The notes under the pieces were generated by a model. That model did not search any database. It saw only the letters and a program-made list of their open reading frames with translations, and was not told the DNA's origin. Shown one piece after another: positions 24,360 through 35,442 of a stretch of DNA of 64,000 nt. The stretch's first letter is position 1, and the number at the start of each line of letters is the position of its first letter. The stretch comes from Oopsacas minuta (taxonomy: Eukaryota; Animalia; Porifera): the NCBI GenBank assembly GCA_024704765.1, contig JAKMXF010000055.1, positions 64,255 through 128,254 on the forward strand, in the 5' to 3' direction. Position numbers and translations under genes: made by a program.

Positions 24360-24985
24360 ATGGCAGTTGCTCCATCGTTTCAACCTCTGCTGGTTCCTAC
24401 AATATTTCCAGTTATTGAAGAAATGACCTTAAAACAACTTTTTCGTAATATCACTATTGATGAAGATACTTGTATAGCATGGCTCAAAAGTAACGGACTT
24501 TTAGCTACTGGGATGATGTGCAAATGCGGTAGAATTATGAGACCCGGAACATTTTCAGGTATTGCAGATGGAAAGGGGTGGAGGTGCCCGGAAAGTCATG
24601 CAAGAAATTCGCTTCGATGAGGATTGGCTCATTCTTTGAAGGTGCTCATATACCGTTAACTGAGTTGGTAGAATTTCTCTATTTCTGGGCCGATAATCTT
24701 CAAACTACTGCCTTTTTACACAAGAATCTGGGGTGGGGAGAGCATACTATAACAGACTGGAAGAACTCCCTCAGAGACCTATGTGTTGAAGAATTTTTAG
24801 TCAATCCTCAACCAATTGGAGGGCCTGGGCATATTGTAGAAATAGATGAATCAAAGTTTGGACATCGAAAGTATTCAAGAGGTCGTATGCTATCAGGTCA
24901 ATGGGTATTTGGAGGAATAGATAGAGAGACAAAGGATACCTTTATGATACCTGTTCAAGACAGGTCGGCTGCAACATTAGTCCCT
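24360..24985 (+). pseudogene. Merlin / IS1595(ISXO2)-like transposase, frameshifted and 3'-truncated
   Basis: N-terminal CKCG...WRCP..SC zinc ribbon, SFFEG, IGGPGHIVEIDESKFGHRKY, WVFGGIDR; frameshift at ~24590. Confidence 0.88.
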
Positions 24986-25190
24986 CCTAGAATTTTAGCT
25001 AATAAGGCCCCAGGTGCATTGTCCGCACAAAATGCTATCATACTCTCTATATTTAATTGATATTTCGAAATAACCCCCAAAAGCATGTCTGTAACCTGTT
25101 GAGTTTTCTCACCTTCTAGATGAATAAAATCTAAGAGCTTATTCTGAATGCCGTCTTAGTTGAAATAGCGTACAATAATAGGGAATGTCT

Positions 25191-25500
25191 TTAATTCAGT
25201 ATGATTTGAAGCATCAGTTGGTGATGAAACTTTATCACTGATTTTGATTCAACTAATAGCTCTTCAATGCTTAGAGGTGCTAAAAGGCCAATTAAAATGC
25301 TTTCAGTTTTGGTTCTAGCAGAATGAAAGTTCTTGGCCATTTCAGAATCAGAAAAACAGACTGAGATAGCACAACTCTGGATTAACATAGCTAGACGAAG
25401 GACACTCCTTATTTCAGAGGTAGCATTCTCTGGTAGACCTAGAGCTACCGCTTTTATAGCATAGCAATCCTCTGTTACTGTTCCTGTGGACTTCAAGTAC
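25191..25500 (-). mobile_element. hAT-like transposase remnant; partial copy at 35953-36085
   Basis: FSDSEMAKNFHSARTK...LAP resembles the FPDSEIAK.F...RTK segment of hAT-like transposases. Confidence 0.5.
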
Positions 25501-26228
25501 TTCCAAACTTCTCAAATGCATCCACCTTCACAACCCATATAGTATATAGAATAAGATATTCACATACTTGCTGATTAGTCTCCCAAGATTCATGGATTAT
25601 CCCCGAATTTTCATACAAATCAAAGGAAGAAATTGATTTTTTCAAATAATTGTTTGAAATTGCTATTCAAGGATGGAAACTTGGAAATACCGAAATTTAG
25701 CAAAGAGATTATACAAATAGGTTTGCCAGTAATTAACTGTCACATATTGCCTAGTTTGTATACTGCCTTCATCTTCCTATAATACTTCTGATTTCCTTCT
25801 AGAATCCTTAAATTCAACCATTTCAACCCTAAACACCACTTCATTCACTCCAAAATAAACAAATGTTTCAAGCAATTGTCAACATACTAGACAGCAATTA
25901 GTCAGGTTTGCGTTGCATGTTGCACTGTATAGTTAGTAATTCAATCAAACATACTGTGATTAAGTCACCAATTCAAAATGCACTATCTCTATGATTCTCT
26001 GAAGCTTTCCGTTCTTTTGCAATAAACTACACTCCAAATAGTAAATAAACAGAACTTACCTCTACTAGAACTAGCACAAAATACCAGCTGTTAAGGTGAT
26101 AGCCTCGGCAGCCGGAATACCTCCTACGAATATCGTACAAATATAGACAAAATATTTGTTGTTGATATTCATGTCGCGGCACTTGACTTCGTGTATTAAT
26201 TGAGTTATTCATTCTAGGTTAATTTGAC

Positions 26229-26747
26229 TTGATTAAGGATGTTGAGGAGTCAACAGCCCCAGAACAACCCCCTCCACCTATTTCACCACCTCAAAAAGTC
26301 TCCAGGAAGCGTAAACACACAGAATCCGAATGTAATACACCACAAACTTCACCATCAAAGCACTCTATGTGTCTACGTAGTTCCTCAAAGTCCCCTCCCC
26401 ATCCTGTCACCACCTCCAAAACGCCGCAAACGCCACAATATCCAGTTACTCCTAATAATCCTACTGGAGGTTATTTAGAGTCGTCGTCCAAGACACCGCG
26501 TAGGCTTTCAATAATATCCTCACACACCCGTATACGCAAAAAATTGGATTTTAATCCTCGCTCTCCAGGGGGAACTTTTACTTCACTATCAGACTTATTC
26601 GATTACGATGATTTTCTCGTAAAGAGCCACAAACAAAAAGAAATAGTCCCCCTTCAATTCCCAGCATCAGTCCTACTAAATGTTCTCCCGTCGCAGAAAG
26701 TGAATTTCTATCTCCATACTTCTGCCAAGAAGAATTGGTATAAATAA
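26229..26747 (+). CDS. S/T-P-rich orphan protein exon with an RKRK NLS-like motif; frameshifted paralogs at 36427-36941 and 60066-60580
   Basis: SRKRKH, repeated TP/SP sites, LDFNPRSPGGTFTSLSDLFDYDDF. Confidence 0.5.
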   Translation: MIKDVEESTAPEQPPPPISPPQKVSRKRKHTESECNTPQTSPSKHSMCLRSSSKSPPHPVTTSKTPQTPQYPVTPNNPTGGYLESSSKTPRRLSIISSHTRIRKKLDFNPRSPGGTFTSLSDLFDYDDFLVKSHKQKEIVPLQFPASVLLNVLPSQKVNFYLHTSAKKNWYK

Positions 26748-27047
26748 TAGTGTAATATTAGTAATCTCTTTTAATTACATTATGTTGTAAGGGAATAATG
26801 ATATGATCCTCCCTTTATCATATATCGTGTCAGGTATTTGGGCAGTGATTGTTTGTTGTTAAGCAGCTAGAGACATAAGTGTCTCTTTAGCAAAAGTATT
26901 GCTTGTTCGGAAATCTACTGAGTGTGATATCGTCCCGATTAAAGTTTAGATCAGTTACTTCACTTGTGGAGTTTTGAGGAACACATTAATACCTTCAAAG
27001 TCAGTTGATATCTTCTCCAGAACTGAATATATTTCCCCTCAAGTTTA

Positions 27048-27796
27048 ATGATAGGTTTTCAGGAATTAACATACTGGTGGCGGCTGTGTGTTATTAAATC
27101 ATTCATGACTAAACGAAAACTATTCAAATCCAATGTAAGTCGCGGCCAACTCCGACAGTTTCCAAACTTGATGCAAAATCAGGTCTCAACCGAATATCTT
27201 CTGAGATACTGTGGTCATCTTGACAATCTTAAGGAAAAATTTTGTAGAACGTTTCGCCGACGTTATCAACATGGAGATACCGGGATGGATTATCCGTCCG
27301 TATTCGTGCGATTTGCAACAGGTACCTATTGAACTTCAGGAATCACTGATTGATTTACACAGCGATGATGTAGTGAAGTCTTCGTTCCCTGAACAATACT
27401 ACAACATTTTGTGGTGCAATATTGCTGATCAATACCCTGCTCTATGCGCCAGCGGGAAAGTAATGATATTGTCTTTTCCAACATCGTACCTCGTGGAGGA
27501 GGGTTTCTCAACCGTTGTTGGACTTCTCACAAAGAAGAGGAATAGGCTGGAGATAACCAAACATGGTGGTGACCTTCGGCTCTTCTTGAACAAATTCAGT
27601 CCTGATCTGAAAAATATTCTAACTGGGCACCAGACTCAACCTTCACACTAGACTTATACAAATGAAAAATGTAAATAAATTATGCCTTAGCATTTGATAA
27701 TATAATTAATATACAAACGGGATGGGACGAGGGGGAGGTGAGGGATGGCCCGATCATCGAAGGGGGCGACCGACAGAAAAAGGTTGAGAAACGCCG
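27048..27796 (+). mobile_element. 3' half of a Buster-type hAT with its right TIR; copies end at 37989 and 63750
   Basis: ILSFPTSYLVEEGFS, KKRNRLEI, DLRLFL...PD, QPSH*; terminus AAAAGGTTGAGAAACGC(C/T)G. Confidence 0.85.
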
Positions 27797-28481
27797 GTGT
27801 AGAGGGTTTATATATACACTATTATGTGAATAACACATTCAAGAAGAGTAATAAACTAATAATATATTGAATAATATTTGCATTATACTATACCCACAAC
27901 AGATAAACAGATATTCCGCTTATAATCAAGTCGTTGAGAGCCAGTCTTAAGACTGGCTCTCAACGACAATATATATGGATAGGGGGACGTGGATCGTTTT
28001 ACTGATGAAGTGGGGGATTTCGCAAGCATGCTGCCGCTTTCTGGAAGCGGAAAGGGTTGCCATCAGAGGGGGAGGAGGAGAATTGGTTGCCTCAGGATTA
28101 TTTGAAGTCGTTGGAATCGGAATCTAGTAAAGAAAATATACTATACCTACAACAGATAAACAGATATTCTGCTTATAATCAAGTAATATATTCGACTTCA
28201 AACTATAAACGTTACACAATGCTACAGGGGGAAGGGTAGTAAGCAAAGTAAGACAATCCAAATTTCATTTTATTACAAAATATTTGTAGGATAACTTCCA
28301 TTAAGCACAATTTTAGGAATACTACTCCCTGTCTTATGGGATTGGGTTATTGTGCGAATTTACTCAATATTAGTTCACAGTTCAATCTTATCGGTCTCAA
28401 AGTATTCTTAGGGACTGGCTCTCAACGACAATACATAGGATCATATAAGGAATGAATGAATTAGCTAACAAAGTAAAGTAT

Positions 28482-29322
28482 TCAACTAGGAACACCTGAG
28501 TAACAAATACTAACAAATATATTAAACAAATTTTTCATCACAGAAGAAAGGAGACCGAACTTCACTTTCTGGAATGGGAGAAGAATGAGGAAGAAAGATG
28601 GCGATAGAAGAGGGACTGTATTTTCTTTTCGTAGGGGGTTCTCTTGCGAGAAAGTCATCATAGTCGAACAGGTCGGATATTGAAGTAAAACTTCCCCCTG
28701 GAGACCGAGGGTTAAAGTCAATTTGTTTGGGTTTACGAGTGTGCAACGATCTCCTTAAAGACCTGCGCGGAGTCTTGAAGGGGGACTCTATAACACATCC
28801 AGTAGCAATATTGGGAGGGGACTTTGGGGAATTGCGTAGACACATAGAGTGTTTTGAAGGGGAAGTGGGGGGGTGTCACCGGGATGCTTCCGCTTTCTGG
28901 AAGCAGAAAGGGTTGCCATTGGAGGGGGAGGAGGAGAATTGGTAGTTGTGGGAATCGGAATCTAGTAAAGAAAATAAAATAAAACTCGTCCATAATAGCA
29001 TGTATACATTCACAAATTCTGGTGTACTCACTCTTGGTGGTGGAGCAGTACTTTCACGATATAACAAGATTTCTTCTCGAAGGGAGTCACATATCATTAA
29101 AGAATTATCTAGTTCCCTCTTCAATCCTTTACTAGTTATTAATAGAGCTTGCTTTTCACCCTCCAACTGTTCCCTCTCAGTCTCTTCTATTTTAGTATTA
29201 TTATTCACTATTTGTTTTTTCAATATGTGATTATCTTTAGTGAGTTTCTTAATCAGTTCACGTAGATCAGCTGTTAGTTCGTCATTCACTACCTGTAATA
29301 TCTTATATAATATTTCAAACAT
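28482..29322 (-). pseudogene. More complete member of the S/T-P orphan family: coiled-coil exon, short intron, NLS/SP-rich exon
   Basis: Coiled coil ending STAPPPRVSTPEF, GTGAAT donor and TTTACTAG acceptor, then ASRKRKH.DTPTSPSKHSMCLR...IDFNPRSPGGSFTSISDLFDYDDF. Confidence 0.55.
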
Positions 29323-29469
29323 TAAATAATTGGAGAAATTCCTATTTACAATTTGTATATTATTCCTATTTAAGTCACATTGAAGTGTCTTAAACTATTT
29401 TAGCTATTCTTAGACAATTCGTTAGTGGATTTTGGGAAAATTTTAACGCAGAATATAATGAAGGGATTA

Positions 29470-30009
29470 TCAATGATCAGTAAGATAGATGAAACTAACT
29501 TTCTTAGAATCTTCAATTAGGATATTTTTCTGAGTTCCATCCGTTCCTACCAACGTATTACGGTATACAATCTTTGGTTTATTCAACTTATCCACTCCCT
29601 CTTTCTCCTTCTCCTTCTCCTTCTTCTCGAGGAATTCTTTCAATAGCTCTTCTTTCTCGCCGTCAATAGCAAGCTCTATTTCCGGCATTTTCGTTCCTCT
29701 TTGATAAGGAGCCACGTGGAAGGTGTGAATATCCGCAGAAAGATTTACATCATTAACACTTAGCCATCCGTCATGCCCTCCAGGAGACAGTTGTGTCTTT
29801 GTTTGGAATCTAGCATCTTTCTCTGACCACAACAAACTGATTCTTTTACCATCTTGTGTGAACAGCTGTACTTCTTTCTCGAGAGTAGCTCTCTCCTTTG
29901 TCCAGAAGAGTAGTACCTTAGGTAGCTGTACTGGATTGTCAATTGACCCGTGGAAGTGCTCGGGTTCTAGAAGCAGTAGGAAAATTAACTTTTTCCAAAA
30001 TACAAACAT
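29470..30009 (-). CDS. 179-codon ORF/exon of unknown function with a KE-rich tract
   Basis: Open frame; no family recognised. Confidence 0.35.
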   Translation of the reverse strand: MFVFWKKLIFLLLLEPEHFHGSIDNPVQLPKVLLFWTKERATLEKEVQLFTQDGKRISLLWSEKDARFQTKTQLSPGGHDGWLSVNDVNLSADIHTFHVAPYQRGTKMPEIELAIDGEKEELLKEFLEKKEKEKEKEGVDKLNKPKIVYRNTLVGTDGTQKNILIEDSKKVSFIYLTDH

Positions 30010-30407
30010 TTATCATAGAAATAAATGCAAATACTAACCAAGCTATTTTTAGCCAATATAGTAATTTATAATAATAATAAACAAGCATAAAGCAACAGGA
30101 ATTCTGATTTCATAGCTCATACAAGAAATGAGCCAGTTATAAACTTTCAAAGTTAAACAATACAAATGATCCATGGACCCGCTGGATTAGGAATTTTTTA
30201 CCTGTTAGAATCGATAAGATCGCCAAATTATAGTCCAATCATATAACTTAATACAAAACTTACAGTCTGTCAACTAATTATTTAGAATTTTTGGGTATAT
30301 ATTTCTACTATGATGTTAGGAGGAGAAGGTCTTATAATCAAAGGAATACATAAAAATATCATAAAATTTAATAATTAATACTTTCTCCACTCCCCTCTAT
30401 GATCAGA

Positions 30408-31353
30408 TTACAGCGAGACGTCATTGACTTCCAATATGGAATAAGGAATTCTGGCTCTATGTTGCCCCAAATCTCTTACAACTTGCATTTTAATTCTGCT
30501 ATTGTCTTGGGCCCCTTTTTCACAATTGTTTGCTTCAACCATCCAAATAGGTTTTCTATCGGATTCATATCCGGGCTTTGTGATGGCCATGGCATCTTAT
30601 TTGGTACATTTTTCTCGATCCACTGTCTGGTGAATTTTGAAGTATGATTTGGATCGTTATCCATTACCAATCTCCAGTCATTACCATGAAAAACCTCTGC
30701 CTGCCTTACTAAATGACCTTCCATTATCGAAATAAATAACTGGCTATTCATGCTTTCCTTAAATATGCAGAGTGGGAAATCTCCCATAGATGAAAAAGCC
30801 GCCCAAACGTTGATTTTGGGGGAATGTTTTGTTGTTCGACATAATCTTTAAATCCTCTCTTAGTCCACATTCTTATCCTTCCTCTAGCCAGCCATATCGA
30901 CATTTCATCTACAAAGATGGTCTTGGCCCAATCTTTAACAGGGTATTTGTACTTTCTAGCCCACTTGACACGATAAATTTTGTGCATTTCACTCAACATT
31001 GGGGCTAGAGTAGGGTAGGGTTTAGAGTAGGACATATCTTTCAAACCTCTACGAACTGTTTCGTGTGAGACGTCTGGAGCAAGGTTTGAGGCAAGAGATC
31101 TCAAAGACATATGTGGGTTATGTCGAATATGCGCAGCCAAACTCTTTTTAATTGAATTGCGAAGGGTACGAGGCCTACCAGCACCTGCTTTATGCCGGAG
31201 GGAAGAACCACTCGAAATTCTCTTACGGATATTGTATACTGTAGCCAAACTAACAACTGCCATCTTCGATATTTCGATATATGTGAATTTAGAAAGTGCT
31301 AACAAGTGGTGCACGGTATCTCTTTTTCCGAGCTGTGATGTATTTAAGATCAT
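30408..31353 (-). pseudogene. Tc1-family (DD34E) transposase, frameshifted
   Basis: HTH with GRPR linker, TIFVDE, MDNDPNH, WPSQSPDMNPIENLF; TIRs not located. Confidence 0.92.
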
Positions 31354-31757
31354 TTCTAAGAACAGTAGCTAGAAAAAGTAATAGAACCAAAAAGATTTAA
31401 AAGTATGACGTCATCATGGCAAGAGGGTCCCAAAAAATATTTATAAGAAAATTTTTGGTACTTGAGAGCAGATGTATGATAAAAATGCAAAACAGTGATA
31501 TATAAAACGGATATATCTTAAGAGTATAACTTCAATATAAATGTATGACTTGGTTCTATTATTACTGAGTATATTCTAAATAATTAGTCGACAGACTGTA
31601 TATACGTATTCCAATATTTGTGTAAAATAGTTCCAAAAATAAGAACTTACAAATATTTACATATAACGCTAGCGTATCCATAAATGAAGCAAATTATAAT
31701 CTAAAATTACAACTACAGATGCCATAAATAATTAATATTACTTTCCTATACACATAC

Positions 31758-32189
31758 CTGAATACCTGAATGACTACACAGATAGAAATTAAATTCTGTT
31801 GGATGAGTAATACCTACATCTACTATAGTACCAACTGGGATGTTACCAGATTTACCACATTGATCGTTCTTCTCTCAACAGAACAGATGGGTGTGGTGTC
31901 TCTTCTGGACGGTAACGAATGTAATGCCAGGCTTGTAGTCAGCTTCTAGTTCACTACAAGCTTCTCTTACTGCTCTCAATTCTTGATTCAATACCTGTGA
32001 CGTAAATAGACTCACTACATTATAACTACCATACTTTCAACCCTCTCTGAAGCTTAAACCTGGCAGATTTGTAGAATTAAACCAATAGATCTCTGACAAT
32101 AGCAGCTAGCTCTGCTATTATCTCTTGTCTATGTTGCTGCACACGGACTGAGGCACTGTAACGACTGGGATGAGCGTCCATACTTCCAA
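31758..32189 (-). pseudogene. AGO: Argonaute PIWI-domain fragment (miRNA-class AGO-like) with stops
   Basis: Manual translation gives [44 protein letters not shown] ... [72 protein letters not shown], then a GTATGT donor. Confidence 0.9.
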
Positions 32190-32295
32190 CTAACTAACAA
32201 TACAAGAAAGAGTGTAAATAGAGAATTGAAATGTTATAACGGGTATTCGGACTCAGCCACTTCTGACCCTGTTGAATATTGGAGAGAATAATACC

Positions 32296-32423
32296 GGTAA
32301 CAGTGGATACAGGTAGCAATGGATACTAGTAACAGTGGATAACGGTAGCAGTGGATACAGGTAACAATGAATACTGGCAGCAGTGGATACTGGTAACAAT
32401 GGACACAGGTAGCAGTGGATACA
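32296..32423. repeat. Minisatellite, 8 x 16 bp (GGTA[A/G]CA[G/A]TGGATAC[A/T])
   Basis: Seen directly. Confidence 0.93.
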
Positions 32424-32719
32424 GGTACCAGGGGCATCTATTGTATGCCAGTTATAAGAACCATGGATATGTACTAATTGAATAATGATGTCTGCCACAA
32501 TGCTACACATTTTCTCACCTATACACGATTTGTAAAGACGGAAACTAAGAAAGAAAAGTTAGGGAAAAATACAAAATAAAATGTTTGTATTTACCAAATT
32601 AGTATTCAACAAATCGCTTCATTTGTTTATACAAAAGCTAGCAATATAATTTGACCGGGTAAGTCTTATCGTACTCTTATCGCCCCTCCTAGGGCTAGGG
32701 AGTATGGGAGTCGGGACTC

Positions 32720-33640
32720 TCAGGCTCTTGAAGACATTCTTGGACTCACTGCGTCGTTCTTCCGCCTGAATAGAGCAAAGCTCTTCCTCTTTGCTTTCTT
32801 GTCAGAATTCGAAGATTCCTGTTGAGACATTAAATTGTTAAGTGACGCGTTAAGTAGTTTCCAAGCAACCGAATCACTCTGAGGAATTTGTAGAGTATTA
32901 GCCATTTTGTGATAATCACGTGAGTTATCAAAATATAGGACAGCTCCGTGGAGACCTCTGGACTCAATGTTGCCAGTGCAACCACCCAGACCAATGGGAT
33001 GTAACCATAAGGAATTCTATCTTTTGGACCAGAAGGGTAGATCTGTCCGGTCCGTGAATGATTGTCTCTGCTTGTTTTCTAGAATATTCATCTCATAGTT
33101 GAGGGAACGGAGAGCAAACATTCCCTACTGGAGACTATTCCTGTGGGAACTCTCAACCATTCCTAAACTGGTACTTAGTTCCTTCTTGGACAGATGTTCT
33201 AGCACCCTTCCGTCTACACAGCATTGTCTAGAAATAATAGGAAAATTAATAACAACAAATACACGTGTTAACTAACAAGTAAATAACAACAAACCTGAAA
33301 TTAGTGTTGTACTGAGTTAGACCTAGAGAAGGCAGCCAATGAGAAGCTATCCACTCGTAGTCAACAGCTCTGTAGGTGGGGTAGAGACAAGGGGTACTAG
33401 CTTTAGAGAGACCTGCCCTCTCTTGGACAGCATTCATGGGGTTGAGTCTCAGGAGAGGCTGTAGTATTCCCAGTTCTTGTTCGTAGTCCCTCTTGTCCAT
33501 TGACAGGAGCATAGGAACTGTTTTGCATTGCAATCTGACTGCATCTCCCACTGACCCCGGTAAACCCCTGCTCCACCGCTACCCACGCCTGAAGAGCCCC
33601 TGGAGATCATAACAGGAATTGTGTGTTCTCTCATTCCACA
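32720..33640 (-). pseudogene. PPFIA: Liprin-alpha-like triple-SAM region, two exons, with stops
   Basis: EQELGILQPLLRL, YEWIASHWLPSLGLTQY, CVDGRVLEHLSKKEL, SHRNSLQ*GMFALRSLNY, GLHGAV, LQIP. Confidence 0.8.
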
Positions 33641-35211
33641 AATGAGATTGATGCCTGTAGTCTAGCTAGTCTCCCTTCTGGCGCCTCACACACACCTACA
33701 GAAGAGGGATCTCTTTTGTACCCGGGGACTTAGTTTCGCTAAAGGAACTGATTATCCGTCGGATAGAGAATTTCCTCTTGAGTGATTTCTTGCGGAAGCG
33801 GGACATGTAGAGCTTGGGAGCTACTGACTCCAATTCTGTCCTATCAAAGAGGGACTCATCCACTATATGTGAGTTATCAGATATTGTGGTACCGGTTATT
33901 TACAGTAGTGTTCGCCTAATAGCAATATTGCTCAATTTGTAAGTTACTTTTAGCCCCTAAGTGAGTATTTCTTGTATATTTTGTTCCTCTAATAGCAAGT
34001 TAGATTATTAGTTAGCAAATTCCGTTCAAAAATACGACTTGTTATTACTCAAACACCACAGATAATGCATATTGATTACACTGTGCTTTATAGTGTATCT
34101 AAACAATATACTAAAGTAGTATTACGAATGGAAATATCAAAGAGTTCAAATGTTCATTGAAACTTTCGTGATCGGGTTATCGGTCCTGTAGATTGCTTAG
34201 GTGTTAGTGTGATTTTGGAATTCATATTTCTACAACAATCAGGCATTGGTACAATATTCTTGGAGCGGATAGATCCTTGCCTAATTAAAGCATCTAAAAT
34301 ATCTTTCCCCTCAACCATCACCATGTACTTCTCAACTCTCCCAACAGAATTGCGTTTTCCCAATTTCAATTTGCATCTTTTGGGAGTCTTTGGAGGAGAT
34401 GAAAAGGTAACCTCCTTAATACTATAATTCCGAAACTTCCCTTTCCCTCTGAGCGAAGACATAAATGCTCTCATCTCAGTTTCCTTTCCCAATCAACTTC
34501 CAGAAAGCGGACGCATGCTTGTGACATCCCCCCCACTCACAAACAAAGCACTCCATGTGTCTACGTCCCTATATATTGTCGTTGAGAGCCAGTTTCCTTT
34601 CGATTACATGTACATTAAGATAAATATCCCGAAAGGACAACAAACTTCTATTTGTAAATTAGTATTATATTGTAAATACCAATTTTGCTAACGTCAACAC
34701 TAAATCCCGCCTAAACAACTCAACCACAAATTTATGAACCCCAAAGATGTCACAAAGGATTCACATACCCAATAAATGAATCAGGTTGAAACCTGAAACT
34801 GGACTTGTAGCTACGGTCCTGTAGTATAATAAGTATAGTTTGCCTAAAAATGCCAAATACACACTGGCCTTCTCGAGAACATATCTAGCCGTATAGTAAG
34901 TAGGCTATTGTATCTTCCTCTAGCGAAGTTAAGATGGAAAATAAGAGAAGGAAGTTTCTAGGCGGGATAGTTGAATACTAGCGCTACGCTTGCTAGTACG
35001 CTGTACGACAGCTTACTGCTCCGCGTTAGCTTATCGAGTTATTGGCCGCGTAGCGACCAATAACTTGAGCCAATAATATACCCATCTGACTTGGCCCATA
35101 TTATATCCTCTGCTTTATGGAAGTAAAATAAACATACACAAGGAAGGGGTGTAGAAATGTAGTTCAACAATCTTAATATTACAAATCCAATATTTATCAT
35201 AAGTACACAAA

Positions 35212-35442
35212 TTATCCAGTAACAACTTATGATTCTACTCGACACTCATCGTTATCCTTTAGTATTTTAAAGTATCCTCCTAAACTGCCCCATGATGTAC
35301 CCCAAGAATTGGCACAGAGCCAGTGAGGTGTAGCATAACTATCTACACCCTAGCCCATGATCTTTACGGTATGTACTCCGATCAGTGCTCCGTATGTGTA
35401 CTTGTATACTCCTTTACTGTATGCATAGAAGTCTTCTTATAC
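35212..35442 (-). pseudogene. CTSB: Cathepsin B-like (papain C1A) last-exon fragment
   Basis: V*EDFYAYSKGVY..GVHTVKIMG*G...[25 protein letters not shown]; catalytic His and Asn motifs present, with stops and a frameshift. Confidence 0.82.

Larger units (their letters stand above)
25889..27930 (+). repeat. Composite ~2-kb unit, copy 1 (TM pseudo-exon + S/T-P-rich orphan exon + hAT 3' half); other copies at 36086-~38420 and ~59814-64000
   Basis: Collinear, highly similar sequence in three places; copies 2 and 3 are closer to each other than to copy 1. Confidence 0.92.

Noticed and set aside
32234-32510. Cys/His-rich repeat ORFs or a CRISPR-like array
   Set aside because: A contiguous 16-bp minisatellite without spacers.
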